A stretch of DNA of 64,000 bases from an uncultured Hormoscilla sp. (GCA_963921275.4 OZ001293.3:1888001-1952000), one strand, 5' to 3'; counted from the stretch's first letter, positions 11,267 to 22,424 are shown. A program made the numbers and translations. Notes: generated from the sequence alone by a model not told the origin.

Positions 11267-12922
11267 ATGCAAGCATATTCGGAAACGCCCACCGTTACAG
11301 AAAAATCAGCGTGGCAATTACTGAAACAAAAAGAAATAAACTGCTCAGAGGCACTAAAAATGCTGATAGACGTCGAAGGAAATCTCAACCTCTCACTGCT
11401 AGATCCAGAAGTATATACAAGATTTTGGCGAGAATTTCCCGATCGCAGCAGTTTACCGCCAGTAATACCCCTGCTGCTGTGGCGCAACTGCTACTATCTG
11501 GGGAGTCCAGTGCCAGTGTCAGCAGAAGCGGTCGGAAAAATGAGCGATCGCACCCTGACGGACATCAAAATCATTCCGATCGCCGACAAAAGCTATAGCG
11601 CCTGGCATCACACCCGCAACTTCGATATCAACCGCATCAGTTCCACCCCCCTAGTAAACCCCCTGACAGGGGAACTAGAACAAGAAAACATTAGCGAAGT
11701 CACCGAACTGTATCTTTCCAAAGCCGTTGGTCAGATTAGTCGGATTAAAACCATTATCTCCGGAGCCCTGCGCAACCGGGCCAGCGACATTCACCTGGAA
11801 CCCACCCCGGAAGGTTTAAGAGTCCGCTATCGCATAGATGGCGTGCTGCGGGACATTACCAAGCTAGCACTAGCAGTGAGCCGGAAAGTAGTAGTCGCCC
11901 TGAAAGTAATGTCAAACATGGACATCGCTGAGAGTAGGCGTCCCCAGGACGGACGAATCGGAGAAAAGTATGCCAGTGGCGAGGAAGCAGAACTGGGGAT
12001 GGACATGAGAGTTAGTACCCTCCCCTGCGTCGGCGGCGAAAAAGCCGTAATTCGCTTACTGCCCCGGAAAAACCCCTTTATCCAGATCGAAGACCTCGGG
12101 TTCACGTCAGAAGCACTACCCATCTACAAAAGCTGGTTAGAACAACCCCAGGGAATGATCATCCTCACAGGCCCCACAGGTTCGGGTAAAACCAGTACCC
12201 TCTACACCAGCCTGCAAGCAGTGGCCACTGAGGAAGTGAATGTGGTAACAGTAGAAGATCCCGTGGAGTATGTCCTATCTGGCATCACCCAAACACAGGT
12301 ACATGAACGAGCAGGCATGACCTTCGCAGCGGGCTTGCGATCGATCCTCCGCCAAGACCCGGATATAATCATGGTAGGGGAAATTAGAGATAGCGAAACA
12401 GCAGAGACAGCAGTGCGGGCGGCACTTACAGGTTACCTAGTATTTACCACCCTGCACACCAACGATGCGGTCGGGGCCATTCCCCGCTTGAAAGATATCG
12501 GTCCAGATCCGGGCTTAATCAGTGACGCCCTGTTAGGAATTGTCGCTCAGCGGTTAGTGCGTCGGGTTTGCCAGCATTGTGGAGAAGCTTACGCCCCAAG
12601 GTCGGCAGATTTGTAAGCCCTAGGCATAGATACCCAATCCAATTTTCAATCTTGGCGTCGGGGGGCTGGCTGCTCGCAATGCTTCGATTCTGGCTATCTG
12701 GGGCGAGAGGCGATCGTCGAACTGCTGGATATGGATGACAGGATCCGAGAGCTAATCTATGAAGGAACGATAACTCAGCTGCGCCGCTACCTGCGCTCCA
12801 TCGATTTTACTTCCTTTCGCAAGGCAGCGATCGCCAAAGTGACGACAGGCGTGACTACAGTAGAAGAAGTGCTGCGAGTGCTGCCTAGAAGCGCAATGGA
12901 CAAGCCAGTCCCAAAGCCCTGA
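11267..12922 (+). pseudogene. GspE/PulE/PilB family ATPase with an internal TAA at 12614-12616
   Basis: ASDIHLEP, Walker A GPTGSGKT, LRQDPD, LHTND; the frame continues past the stop through CSQC...GREAIVELL into ORF 12731-12922. Confidence 0.9.
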
Positions 12923-13480
12923 CTCCGCCATATACAGCATCCCCGAGGGTAGTCAAGTGAAGTATAACGGAGGCATCTCCAATGGAATCTAGCCACAGAA
13001 AAGATATGGAAGACCGGCTGCTGGATTTAGGCCGCAATATGGCACCGTTGATTGAAGCACTGCACCAGGCCGATCGGAGATTAGATAACATGATGTCGTA
13101 GAGATTCTCGTCCCTTGCCAGCACAATGAATGAGTTAGAGCCTGGTTTTTAGTCGAAGTATATGACTCATCGTCAGGAGATTTTTCAACAGTATATGTCT
13201 GAACGCCAGCAGCGCCAAAATCAGGCCAACTCTAAATCCCCTAGGGAGATAGGAATGCGCTGCGCGATCGCGCCAGCAGTCACCCTTCCCGTCAGCGGCT
13301 TCCGAACAGGAAGTGGGCGACGGAGAAGCTAGCGCTTCTCCAGAGGAGACACCAGAGCGAATCTCTTTATTCTCGGAAGTTTTGGATCGCGAATTCTCCC
13401 CCCTGAAGCGTTACGATCGGGAGTAAGCAGCCCATAATTAGCCCAGAGTACCCAAAGAAACTATTCCCCATTCAAAATAG

Positions 13481-13841
13481 ATGTCAAGTAAAGATTTCAG
13501 TCAACCCATTCGAGAAATTACTGTCCAAGAACTAGCGACCCGTCTGAAAACATCCACCTCAAAGTTACAGCTGCTGGATGTGCGAGAACCCTTGGAAGTG
13601 GAGATGGCCTCCATTGCAGGCTTTGAAGTTCTCCCGAAGAAGTCAATTTTCCGAATGGTCCACACAGATTCACTCTCGCTTCGACAAGGACGCAGAAACG
13701 TTTGTCATGTGCCATCACGGGATCCGTTCCGCCCAAATGTGTCAATGGTTGATAGATCGAGGTTTTACCAAGGTCAAAAACCTGGCTGGAGGGATCGATG
13801 CTTACTCCATACTGGTAGATCGGACTGTTCCCCGCTATTGA
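13481..13841 (+). pseudogene. Rhodanese-like protein, frameshifted near 13635
   Basis: LLDVREP in one frame; CHHGIRSAQ and NLAGGIDAY in another. Confidence 0.85.
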
Positions 13842-14160
13842 GGAATTGTTCGGGACGATCGGGCTCTACCGTAAATTAGAATAATCATGATTGAGATGCT
13901 ACATAATAATAAAAACAATATATCTTTAGTGATTGTCAAGTAATCAATATGAATAAACGGTAAGTATTATAACTGTAGCAAATGTAAATAGAAAGAAGAA
14001 TAATAGGATAAAAGTATACCAGATAATTAGAGATTAAGATAAAATTAAAATAAAAAAGCTGCTATCTTGAGTAAATAATGCAGGTTTAGCCACCAGTACT
14101 TACCTGGAAGCAGGAGATCGGGCTGGCAATTGCGCAAGAGTAAATAGGGCTGAGACTCAA

Positions 14161-15234
14161 ATGGACTTTAACCTCAATAACCGGCAGCAACGTGTTCTCC
14201 AGGCAACAGTGCGTCAGTACATTGCCACAGCTGAACCAGTGGGATCGAAATCCCTAGTAGAAGAGTATGCTTTTGCAGTTAGCTCTGCGACAATCAGATC
14301 GTGCCTGGGCTTTTTAGAAAAGGCGGGGCTACTATATCAACCTTATACTTCAGCGGGGCGGGTGCCAACCGAGTCGGGTTATCGCATTTATGTGAACCAG
14401 TTGATGACGCCCAATGAAGCCACAGGGAGAGAAGTAGAGAAATTACTACGGGATCGATTGAATTGGGATGACTGGAGTTTTGAAGGATTGCTCAGAGGTG
14501 CGGCTCAAATTCTGTCTCACCTGAGTGGATATATTACCTTGATTACGATGCCCCAGACAAGTAGCACGGGAGTAAATCACGTGCAGCTGGTGCAGGTAGA
14601 TCCGGGAAGGGTAATGTTGATTGTGGTGACGGATACCTACGAAACTCAGTCATCCTTGATGGAATTGCCTCAAGCAGATCCGGGGTGCGAACTGGATGGA
14701 AAAATAGTAGAACGAGAATTGCAGATTTTGTCGAACTTTTTGAACAGCAAGCTGCGGGGCCGATCGCTCGGAGAATTAGCTAAGTTAGACTGGAGTGAGT
14801 TAGACCGGGAATTTGAAAAGTATGCGGATTTTTTGCGGTCATTACTGACAGAGTTAAGCCGTCGCAGTCAGTCGCCAGCTGCTACCCAATTGTGGATATA
14901 TGGTGTCGCTGAGGTGTTGCGGCAGCCATAATTTTCCCAGCTGCAACAAGTTCAGACTCTGCTTCAGCTGTTAGAAAAAGAACCATTACAGCTATTGCCT
15001 TTAATTTTTGAAGACCCGGATGTGGAAGGCACAGGCAGACGAGTGAATGTCTGGATCGGTTCTGAGAATCCCTTGGAACCGATGCGTACCTGTACCCTGA
15101 TTTCCTCTCCCTACTGGAAAGGTGCAGTACCTGTCGGGAGTGTAGGGGTTTTAGGACCAACTCGGATGGTGTATGAAAATGCGATCGCAGTAGTTGAAGC
15201 CACTGCTGATTATCTCTCGGAAGCTTTAAGTTAA
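14161..15234 (+). pseudogene. hrcA: Heat-inducible transcription repressor HrcA with a nonsense codon at 14929-14931
   Basis: [39 protein letters not shown] where the family has QPEF. Confidence 0.92.
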
Positions 15235-15238
15235 TGAT

Positions 15239-16177
15239 ATGAGCACGTCAAAAGTATTGTCTGGTTTAATGGGTGTCTGTGTCGGCGATGCCTTAGGAGT
15301 GCCAGTGGAATTTACCAGTCGCGCCGCGCGACTACAGGCACCCGTGACAATGATGATCGGTTATGGTACTTATAACCAACCTCCCGGGACTTGGTCAGAT
15401 GATAGTTCCCTGACTTTGTGCTTGGCCGACTCTCTCTGTCAGGGGTTTGATTTAAGAGCGATCGGTCAATCTTTTTGTCGCTGGTACAATGAGGCTTACT
15501 GGACTCCCCACGGCGAGGTATTCGACATTGGCGGTACAACCTGCGATGCTATTGAAAGTCTGCTAGAGGAAGTTGCACCTGTGGAAGCGGGCGGGACTGA
15601 TGAATGGAGTAATGGCAATGGTTCGCTGATGCGAATTTTGCCCCTTGCTTACTATCACCAAACCCTCGATTTTCCAGAATTAATGCAGCGGGTGCATGAC
15701 TGTTCTTGCATCACTCACGGTCATGCCCGATCGCAAATCGCTTGCGGCATTTATATTAGCATAGCCGTTTGTTTGCTGCAAGGGTTAGAACCAAAATCAG
15801 CGTATCTCCAAGGGATTGAAAAGGTCAAAGAAATATATTCACCAAGAAAGTATGCCATAGAAATGTATCGGTTTGAACGAGTAGGCAGTGGCACGATCGA
15901 TAGTTTATCAATGGATGAAATCAAGTCAGGAGGCTATGTAATAGATACTCTAGAAGCAGCGCTGTGGTGTTTGTTAACAACATCTGACTATGCCGAAGCA
16001 GTCTTGAAAGCAGTGAACTTGGGAGACGATACCGATACGACGGGTGCTGTAACGGGTGGTTTAGCAGGAATTTACTACGGGGTAGAAAACATTCCCACAG
16101 AATGGATCGAACAAATTGCGAGAAAAGATGATATTATAGATTTAGCAAATCGTCTAGAAGCAGCAATCTACGGTTAA
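15239..16177 (+). CDS. ADP-ribosylglycohydrolase (DraG/ARH family)
   Basis: GDALG, WSDD, NGNGSLMR, GDDTDTTGA motifs. Confidence 0.92.
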   Translation: MSTSKVLSGLMGVCVGDALGVPVEFTSRAARLQAPVTMMIGYGTYNQPPGTWSDDSSLTLCLADSLCQGFDLRAIGQSFCRWYNEAYWTPHGEVFDIGGTTCDAIESLLEEVAPVEAGGTDEWSNGNGSLMRILPLAYYHQTLDFPELMQRVHDCSCITHGHARSQIACGIYISIAVCLLQGLEPKSAYLQGIEKVKEIYSPRKYAIEMYRFERVGSGTIDSLSMDEIKSGGYVIDTLEAALWCLLTTSDYAEAVLKAVNLGDDTDTTGAVTGGLAGIYYGVENIPTEWIEQIARKDDIIDLANRLEAAIYG

Positions 16178-16192
16178 CTAATATCTCAGCCT

Positions 16193-16411
16193 ATGAAAGC
16201 TATCAAAGTTATGGGAACGATTGATGATGGAGGACAACTGGCGTTAGATGAGCATTTGTCAATAGATACAAACCAGGATGATGATGACGAACCCAAAACG
16301 CAAATTCTGGAGGATTTTCGGCAAGCATGGCACGAAGCAATGACCGGTCAAACAATTCCAGTTGCCCGACTGTGGGAGGGAATTGACGATGACCTCCGAA
16401 CCCTTAATTAA
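16193..16411 (+). CDS. Small antitoxin-like protein; partner toxin apparently lost
   Basis: MKAIKVMGTID...FRQAWHEAMTGQTIPV..LWEGID resembles small cyanobacterial antitoxin-like proteins. Confidence 0.5.
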   Translation: MKAIKVMGTIDDGGQLALDEHLSIDTNQDDDDEPKTQILEDFRQAWHEAMTGQTIPVARLWEGIDDDLRTLN

Positions 16412-16712
16412 GGTCGGTGTTATATCTCAGGGCTTTAAGGTAACAGTTGAGGGACAGGTGGGGAGGAGATCGGGTCTTTGGATGTAAGCTTGTGTTAATC
16501 TATTTTATCTGACTGTCCCGCAAAGCAGGATTCATTCCCCGATGGTGGGCGGTGCCCACCCTACTTGCTTGCCGTGCGATCGCTCTTCCCACAATTCTAC
16601 CATAGTCCTTGCGGTTTGACAAAGTCGGCGGTCTGCGATCGCAGAAGAGAAGATGACCACCGCCGCCAATCTTGTGCTAGACTAGAGATAAAAGTATGGA
16701 GTTGATAGAGCT

Positions 16713-17465
16713 ATGGTTGCAAGTAGCAAGCCCGATGTACTAGAAGATCGGCAAAAGTTACTTTTGAGTGATGAACCGCCCTTGGAAACAGAACGCCATC
16801 TCAATCAAATCATGCTGTTACTGTGGTGCCTGAAGTGGTGGTGGCGCTCGCGCCCGGACGCACCACCTTCCCGACGCAACAATTTCTATGCAGCAGGAAA
16901 TTTGACTATATATTACAGTCCTCGTCAGCGCCGGAACGAGAACTTCCGGGGTCCAGATTTTTTTGTAGTATTAGACACGGAGTACAGGGAACGTACAAGT
17001 TGGGTAGTGTGGGAAGAAGATGGCAAGTATCCAAATGTGATTATAGAAATGCTATCCGACTCGACTGCCGAAACGGATAGGGTTACCAAGAGAGAACTAT
17101 ACCAGAATGTATTCAGAACGCCGGAATATTTTTGGTTTGATCCCTATAGCTTGGAGTTCCAAGGATTACGCCTTTCTCAAGAGGGAGAATATGTGGAGAT
17201 AACACAGAATGAGCGGGGGTGGATGTGGAGTGAACAGCTAGAATTGTATTTGGGAATAGTAGAAGAAAAACTGAGGTTTTTGATGGCAACGGGGGACTTG
17301 GTTCCAGATCCTACAGAATCATCTATCCAAGAAAGGCTAGAGAAAGAAGCAGAACGCCAACGGGCCGATGCAGAACGCCAACGGGCCGATGCAGCAGAGG
17401 TAAAATATGAAAGGTTGCGCAGTCAGCTACAAGAACGTGGGATAGATTCCGATGAATTCAATTAG
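16713..17465 (+). CDS. Uma2 family endonuclease with a short in-frame insertion
   Basis: FRGPDFFVV, SWVVWEEDGKYPNVIIE, TPEYFWFDP, coiled-coil tail. Confidence 0.9.
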   Translation: MVASSKPDVLEDRQKLLLSDEPPLETERHLNQIMLLLWCLKWWWRSRPDAPPSRRNNFYAAGNLTIYYSPRQRRNENFRGPDFFVVLDTEYRERTSWVVWEEDGKYPNVIIEMLSDSTAETDRVTKRELYQNVFRTPEYFWFDPYSLEFQGLRLSQEGEYVEITQNERGWMWSEQLELYLGIVEEKLRFLMATGDLVPDPTESSIQERLEKEAERQRADAERQRADAAEVKYERLRSQLQERGIDSDEFN

Positions 17466-17589
17466 GAGCCGATCGCCCTTTTGTCATGGTGCTTCCAGCG
17501 GTGATGACAACTTAATTCCTTGCCCCCGATCGCCCATATAATTCTACTCTAGAACTTGGGGCGATCGGATAGAGTTAATCTATTTCATC

Positions 17590-18109
17590 GCTTCCAGCAC
17601 TTCATATAAGGGTAAATCAACACGGCAATTTGTTCTGCTGTTAAACCGATTTTGGTTAACTTAGATACAGTATTTAATTTAGTTGCACGCCAAACATTCT
17701 CCACCGTTGCATTGGAATCTATTGTCTTTTGTAGATTTGATTCAGTATTTACCGCATCCCGGTTTTATAATTTGGCGGTTTCGGAATTATTGCAGAGATT
17801 AATATTATCAACACGAACATGATTTCCTATTACAGGGGACTGATAATTTGCGATTCCTAAACGTTCGATTGTGGCGGACAAATTAAATTTATTTAAATCT
17901 TCGCCAAAAATATCTGACAAAACTTGCTAGAGTTCGTATCCCTTATCCTTCGCATGACCAGTGGTGCATTTATACGTTTCTGCGATTTCTTCGTACTTCT
18001 GGCCATTGAGGGATCCCTTCAAAATTTCCATTTGCAGACTATCCAGGTGCTTCCCAGTTTGCTGGAAGACCAAATCATCGATCGACTTTAACACCGTTTG
18101 CCAGTCCAT
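17590..18109 (-). pseudogene. Truncated gene with the N-terminal HTH typical of cyanobacterial NACHT/AAA proteins
   Basis: DDLVFQQTGKHLDSLQMEILKGSLNGQKYEEIA...KDKGYEL*; the frame continues after the stop (QVLSDIFGEDLNK). Confidence 0.6.
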
Positions 18110-18472
18110 CCTCGCGATGACTCCTCCGAAACATCTACTTATCCGCCATTATCCGTCATTATCCGTCATTTTTGCATTTTTTAAGATAATTTTCGTATTT
18201 ATCCGTCTTTTTCCGACTTTTGCCTATTTCCCCTGCAAGGAACTTCCGAAATTTCTAGCTATCCGCCATTATCCGTTATTTTCACATTTTCTTAAGAAAA
18301 TATCCGTCTTTTTCCGTCTTTTTCCGTCTTGTCGATATTGAGACGACCAGGTGATAATAAGAATAGGAGTTGCGTATGTTCCTAAATAGATCGATGCTGG
18401 CAAGTTCTACAGGTGTAGCGGCGGCGTCAGCGCTGGATATAGCGGTACACCGAAGCAGTCCGCACCCAAGAC

Positions 18473-18560
18473 GTGACATTTTGTATAGGTCCGGCGGGAA
18501 CGGGGAAAACCTATTTAGCCGCAGTTCTGGTGTTCCAAGCATTGCTAAATAATCAGTGCG
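18473..18560 (+). pseudogene. phoH fragment (Walker A region only)
   Basis: [23 protein letters not shown]. Confidence 0.65.
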
Positions 18561-18578
18561 TAAGTTTCAAAAGGTTAA

Positions 18579-19717
18579 ATGACAATGAAAATTGTCAAGA
18601 CAATCACAAGCAGACTGTTTGTTGGTTTTACAGCTTTGGCCTTAATAGTTGGTTATTCACCTAAAGAAGTAAATGCACTAACAGGAAACGGAGGTAGCAC
18701 AGGTTGGAATAGAGTGGTGCGATGAGTTCTAGCCTAACGTGGTCAAACACGGAACGCTAGCCTAGGAAACTAGGAACTCTGGTAATCATGGGGGTTAAAT
18801 TCCCCCTCCCCAAGTACGGGGGTAACACCGGTCCTCGGTGCTGCGGAATAACATCACCGTGGTGCTAAGCGAGAACTTAAATGTAGGATAGCTAGCAGCC
18901 ACGGCTGGCGACTCCGCTAGGAAAGGTGTCCAAGGTTAGAACAAGCGAACCTATGTAAGCCTCGTCAGCCAAAACCGGCGAAATAAGGCTTTATGCGCCG
19001 GCACAAAAGTAGCCGTAGCTAGTGTTAGTTATCACTCCTGGCTAACAACGTACTCAAATAGCTATCGGGGTATAGTAGGAACCTAAAGGCATCGCGCTCC
19101 GGAGACCAGGGAACGAAGTAACCCCTCGCGAGCTGTCCGTCAGGACCAGTCAGATGTGAAGCGCAAGCCGCGAGCGGGAGAGATGGCCTAAGAAGCAAAT
19201 GCCCGGGGCAATACTTGGGATACGCAGACGTAGGTCGGTGATAGTAGGAAGTCTCGGATGAAAGTATCTCTAAATGTCATAAGCCCGTCACTGTTAATGA
19301 TTCCGAATGAATTGAAAGGGGAGAAATTGTAAGGGACAAGGGACAATAGGAGTAATCCTTATTAATCCTGCCAGTGGCAAAATGGCCTACTACCCAGTAG
19401 CCGGATGCGGTGAAAGTCGCAAGTCCGGTTCCGAATGGGAGGGTTGGTACGCGAGTACCAGCTCGACCCCTACTAGTACCACAGATGAGCAAAGTTGTGC
19501 GCAGAAAGCTGTACAGACAATGAACTGGTTGGTAGAGCAAGGAGAAATCCAAACCCTTACTGGTTCGAGTTCACGCTTTAGAAAAGGAAATAACGTCATT
19601 TTCAATGTTGTTTGCAGTCGTAATAGTGAAGTAAGGGTTGATGTTATTTGTTTTAATAGTTGTGACAAGGACACTTTTCGCCTTCGCTCTAGAATAGATG
19701 CACTTATGAATTGGTAA
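18579..19717 (+). CDS. Intron-split small secreted protein (~126 aa); exons 18579-18716 and 19475-19717
   Basis: Exon 1 is 46 whole codons with a signal peptide ([13 protein letters not shown]...VNA); exon 2 is in frame and has 4 Cys. Confidence 0.7.
18717..19474 (+). ncRNA. ORF-less group II intron (~758 nt)
   Basis: 5' GTGCG; domain V AGCCGGATGCGGTGAAAGTCGCAAGTCCGGTT; domain VI with bulged A; EBS1 loop CACTC pairs with exon end GAGTG; homologous to the introns at 43-45 kb. Confidence 0.92.
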
Positions 19718-19754
19718 AGAAAATCATTTTTTTTCAAAAGATTACAACAGAAAG

Positions 19755-19985
19755 ATGTGTTCAGAAACCCGGTTTCTTTATAAATGCGCGAAATGCGCGA
19801 TCGCCCCAAAATCAGAAACCGGATTTATACGATAACTTTTCCCTCACTACTGAAATATTTGTTCAGAAACCTGGTTTCTTTCGCTACCCGATCGCGGCCA
19901 GAAACCGGGTTTCGGCAATAAATTTGTTTGGCATCAAAACCGCAAGATTTGTTCAGAAACCCGGTTTCTTTAGCTACCCGATCGC
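19755..19985. repeat. Cluster of AGAAACCCGGTTTCT palindromic repeats
   Basis: About 5 copies here; further pairs at 25821-25852, 46240-46286, 49807-49848 and 57254-57287. Confidence 0.85.
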
Positions 19986-19999
19986 CCGCCGTCAGTGAG

Positions 20000-20550
20000 T
20001 CACCAGCGTCGATTAATTCCATAACTATCAAATTTCGGATCTGCACTAATGATTTCCATGTTTTCTGCGATCGCCTGTGCGATGAGTAGTCTATCGAACG
20101 GATCGCGGTGATGCAAGGGCAGTTTTGCCACAACAGTGAGATGCTCAATTATAACGGGCAGAACTTCAATGCTGTTCAGGGTCAGTTGTTTTGGAATAAA
20201 TGTTTCATAGGCATCTGGCAGGGTCAATTTTTTGAGATTGACCTTGATGGCAATTTCCCACAAGCTAGCAATACTGAGCAATATATCAATATCAGATTCC
20301 AATAGCTCGGCGGCATTGTTCCTCAGATTGGGATGATCGTTGATAAACCATAGAAAAGTATGGGTATAGCAGTTCTCAGATTAGTGTGATCTGCTGTCGG
20401 AGATTGCTAGCCCTCCTGGCGTCGGGCCGCTGCGCGAACGGGGGGGGTAACTCATCAAGCATAAGTTACTCGCTAGTCTACCCCCCTCGCAATGACAAAT
20501 AGGCGATACCACATCAATTTGAGAAACGCTATATCGATGAGTATTTTCAT
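20000..20550 (-). pseudogene. VapC (PIN) toxin interrupted by a MITE
   Basis: Removing 20367-20533 restores MKILIDTHTFLWFI...; HRDPFDRLLIAQA; start overlaps the antitoxin stop. Confidence 0.88.
20367..20531. mobile_element. 165-bp MITE with TA duplication
   Basis: TAGCAGTTCTCA...TGAGAAACGCTA ends; excision restores the vapC frame. Confidence 0.88.
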
Positions 20551-20774
20551 TCCATATATTCTCGAAAATATTCTAGTGGCTCATCAAAGTCGGGAGCCAT
20601 CTGGATCTGTCCTTTGGCACTTCCTCGTTGCCGCCGTTTGGCAGGAGACCCGAATTGAATCAGTTTAAGGATGGGTTGATTGTCACGGGTGATGATAATT
20701 TCCTCACCCCTCAGAGCAAATTGAAGAAGCTGACTAATTTGGACTTGAGCCTCAGTGATGTCAACCTGTTGCAC
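20547..20774 (-). CDS. Phd/YefM-type antitoxin
   Basis: GEEIIITRDNQP...GSAKGQIQMAPDFDEPL; upstream of vapC. Confidence 0.85.
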   Translation of the reverse strand: MQQVDITEAQVQISQLLQFALRGEEIIITRDNQPILKLIQFGSPAKRRQRGSAKGQIQMAPDFDEPLEYFREYME

Positions 20775-21376
20775 GATCTAGCCTCCTATTAATTATACCG
20801 CAAATATTTGTAATCGTAGTTGCTGGCAAATTAAATTTGTCCGCTTAAATCCAGTATATTCCGCTTTTTGCGGGTGCGGATCAGTTCTTACAAAGCAAAT
20901 TCAATCAATTCTTTTTCTGTCTTGAAGTTGGTTAAGCGCAATCCTTCTTGAACCAATTATTCATTAATTTAAACATTAGTTGCCATAGTCAATAGTTAAT
21001 TCAATTATCTAATTATGGCACGATCGCGCTGCAACCGTCAACCTCGCCCAACTCTCCTAACTCCTCCCCATGGAGGGCAGCTTTCTGCACACAAAGTGCC
21101 CCACTACCGACATCTTAGGGCAACTCGTCCTTTACGGCATCGCCAGCGAAAATCCAGGAGGTAATGGGCTATGACCGGTCAATCCCTTGTCGTGTCCAGA
21201 AAGTAGAACGAAACAGCCCTGTCGCTTCATCCAATCTATCCTGACTTGGCTGCAACGCACAATTTTATAAATTTAATCCCTCTCATCACCGGTTAAAATA
21301 GAAACACCAACTGATGATTACGCCCATCCATATTTTTGGCGCTATAATGTAGGTAATCAATTACAGCAAACAAGCG

Positions 21377-21680
21377 ATGGCTGAAATTACCCTAGACGAA
21401 ACCAAACTCAAAGAATTGTTCAAAGCAGCAATTCTTGAGTTACTGCAAGAACAAAAAGAAGAGTTTTCCGAATTTTTAACAGAAGCCCTAGAATATCTAG
21501 GGATGAAAAATGCGATCGCGGAAGGTGAAAATACCGAAACAGTCGGGAGTATATCAATTTTGTAATCTAGCCCGCACAGGCGGGCTTTGTATCTGTAGCC
21601 CGACCCTTTAGGGTGAGGGCAGTGGTCGCAATTGCAAAGCGTGAGATGTACCGAAACAGTCAGCCGCCATTTTTGGAAAT
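21377..21680 (+). pseudogene. Small antitoxin-like gene interrupted by a ~100-bp REP-like insert
   Basis: 13-bp direct repeat TACCGAAACAGTC at 21532 and 21649 flanks an AGCCCGCACAGGCGGGCT hairpin. Confidence 0.55.
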
Positions 21681-21784
21681 GAAACAGTTCTGTCCCAAGA
21701 CTCCCACCTCATCCAATCTATTATCAATTAGCTGCAACCGACTAGCAGCCTGAATTGGCAAACCCTACTTAATCGTAACCCCTT

Positions 21785-21991
21785 ATGACTCAAACCATTG
21801 ATTTTACCGGACTCACTCCCGAACAAATCTTACAGATTTATGAGATGATAGAGACATTTCGCGCTCTCAATAGACATCAGCACCCATTAACAGAGTCGGA
21901 AATATTAAAATTCGATCCAACTCCGTTATTTTTTGAAAGCGAAATTCTCCAACCCTTTAATCGTAGCACGCTCTATGGCAACAGAACCTAA
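21785..21991 (+). CDS. Putative antitoxin
   Basis: Short ORF overlapping the PIN gene. Confidence 0.55.
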   Translation: MTQTIDFTGLTPEQILQIYEMIETFRALNRHQHPLTESEILKFDPTPLFFESEILQPFNRSTLYGNRT

Positions 21992-22424
21992 ACGAATGTA
22001 TCTCGACACCAACGTTCTCGCCTACGTTGTCAATACTAAAGCACCTCAACACAGGGCAGCATTGGAAGTATTGAGACCCAGTGAAACAGAAATTATCTGC
22101 GTTTCATCCCAGGTTTTAGCAGAATTTTATTCCTATATTACCAATCCTGCAATCTTAGCCAAACCCCTAGAGCCAAGGGAAGCCATTAGCCGCATTAAAA
22201 GGATTTGCCAGATGCCTCATGTCTGCTTGCTCTCAACTACTCTTGATCTCTTTGAACGTTGGATGACTTTACTCCAAGAACGACCCGTGACTAATGGAGG
22301 AATTTTTGATTTACTTCATATTGCGATTATGTTAGCACATCAAGTCACCAGGATTTACACCTTTAATGTCAATGACTTTTCTTGGTGTTCCCAAATTGAA
22401 GTCATCGACCCCAGTCAACTTTGA
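21975..22424 (+). CDS. PIN-domain (VapC-like) protein
   Basis: YLDTNVL, QVLAEF, IFDLLH, YTFNVNDF. Confidence 0.88.
   Translation: MATEPKRMYLDTNVLAYVVNTKAPQHRAALEVLRPSETEIICVSSQVLAEFYSYITNPAILAKPLEPREAISRIKRICQMPHVCLLSTTLDLFERWMTLLQERPVTNGGIFDLLHIAIMLAHQVTRIYTFNVNDFSWCSQIEVIDPSQL

Noticed and set aside
13880..14160. CIRCE operator upstream of hrcA
   Set aside because: No TTAGCACTC-N9-GAGTGCTAA seen; only AT-rich sequence
15239..16411. ADP-ribosylglycohydrolase as part of a defence or TA system
   Set aside because: No ADP-ribosyltransferase or other partner is adjacent; the family is common on its own
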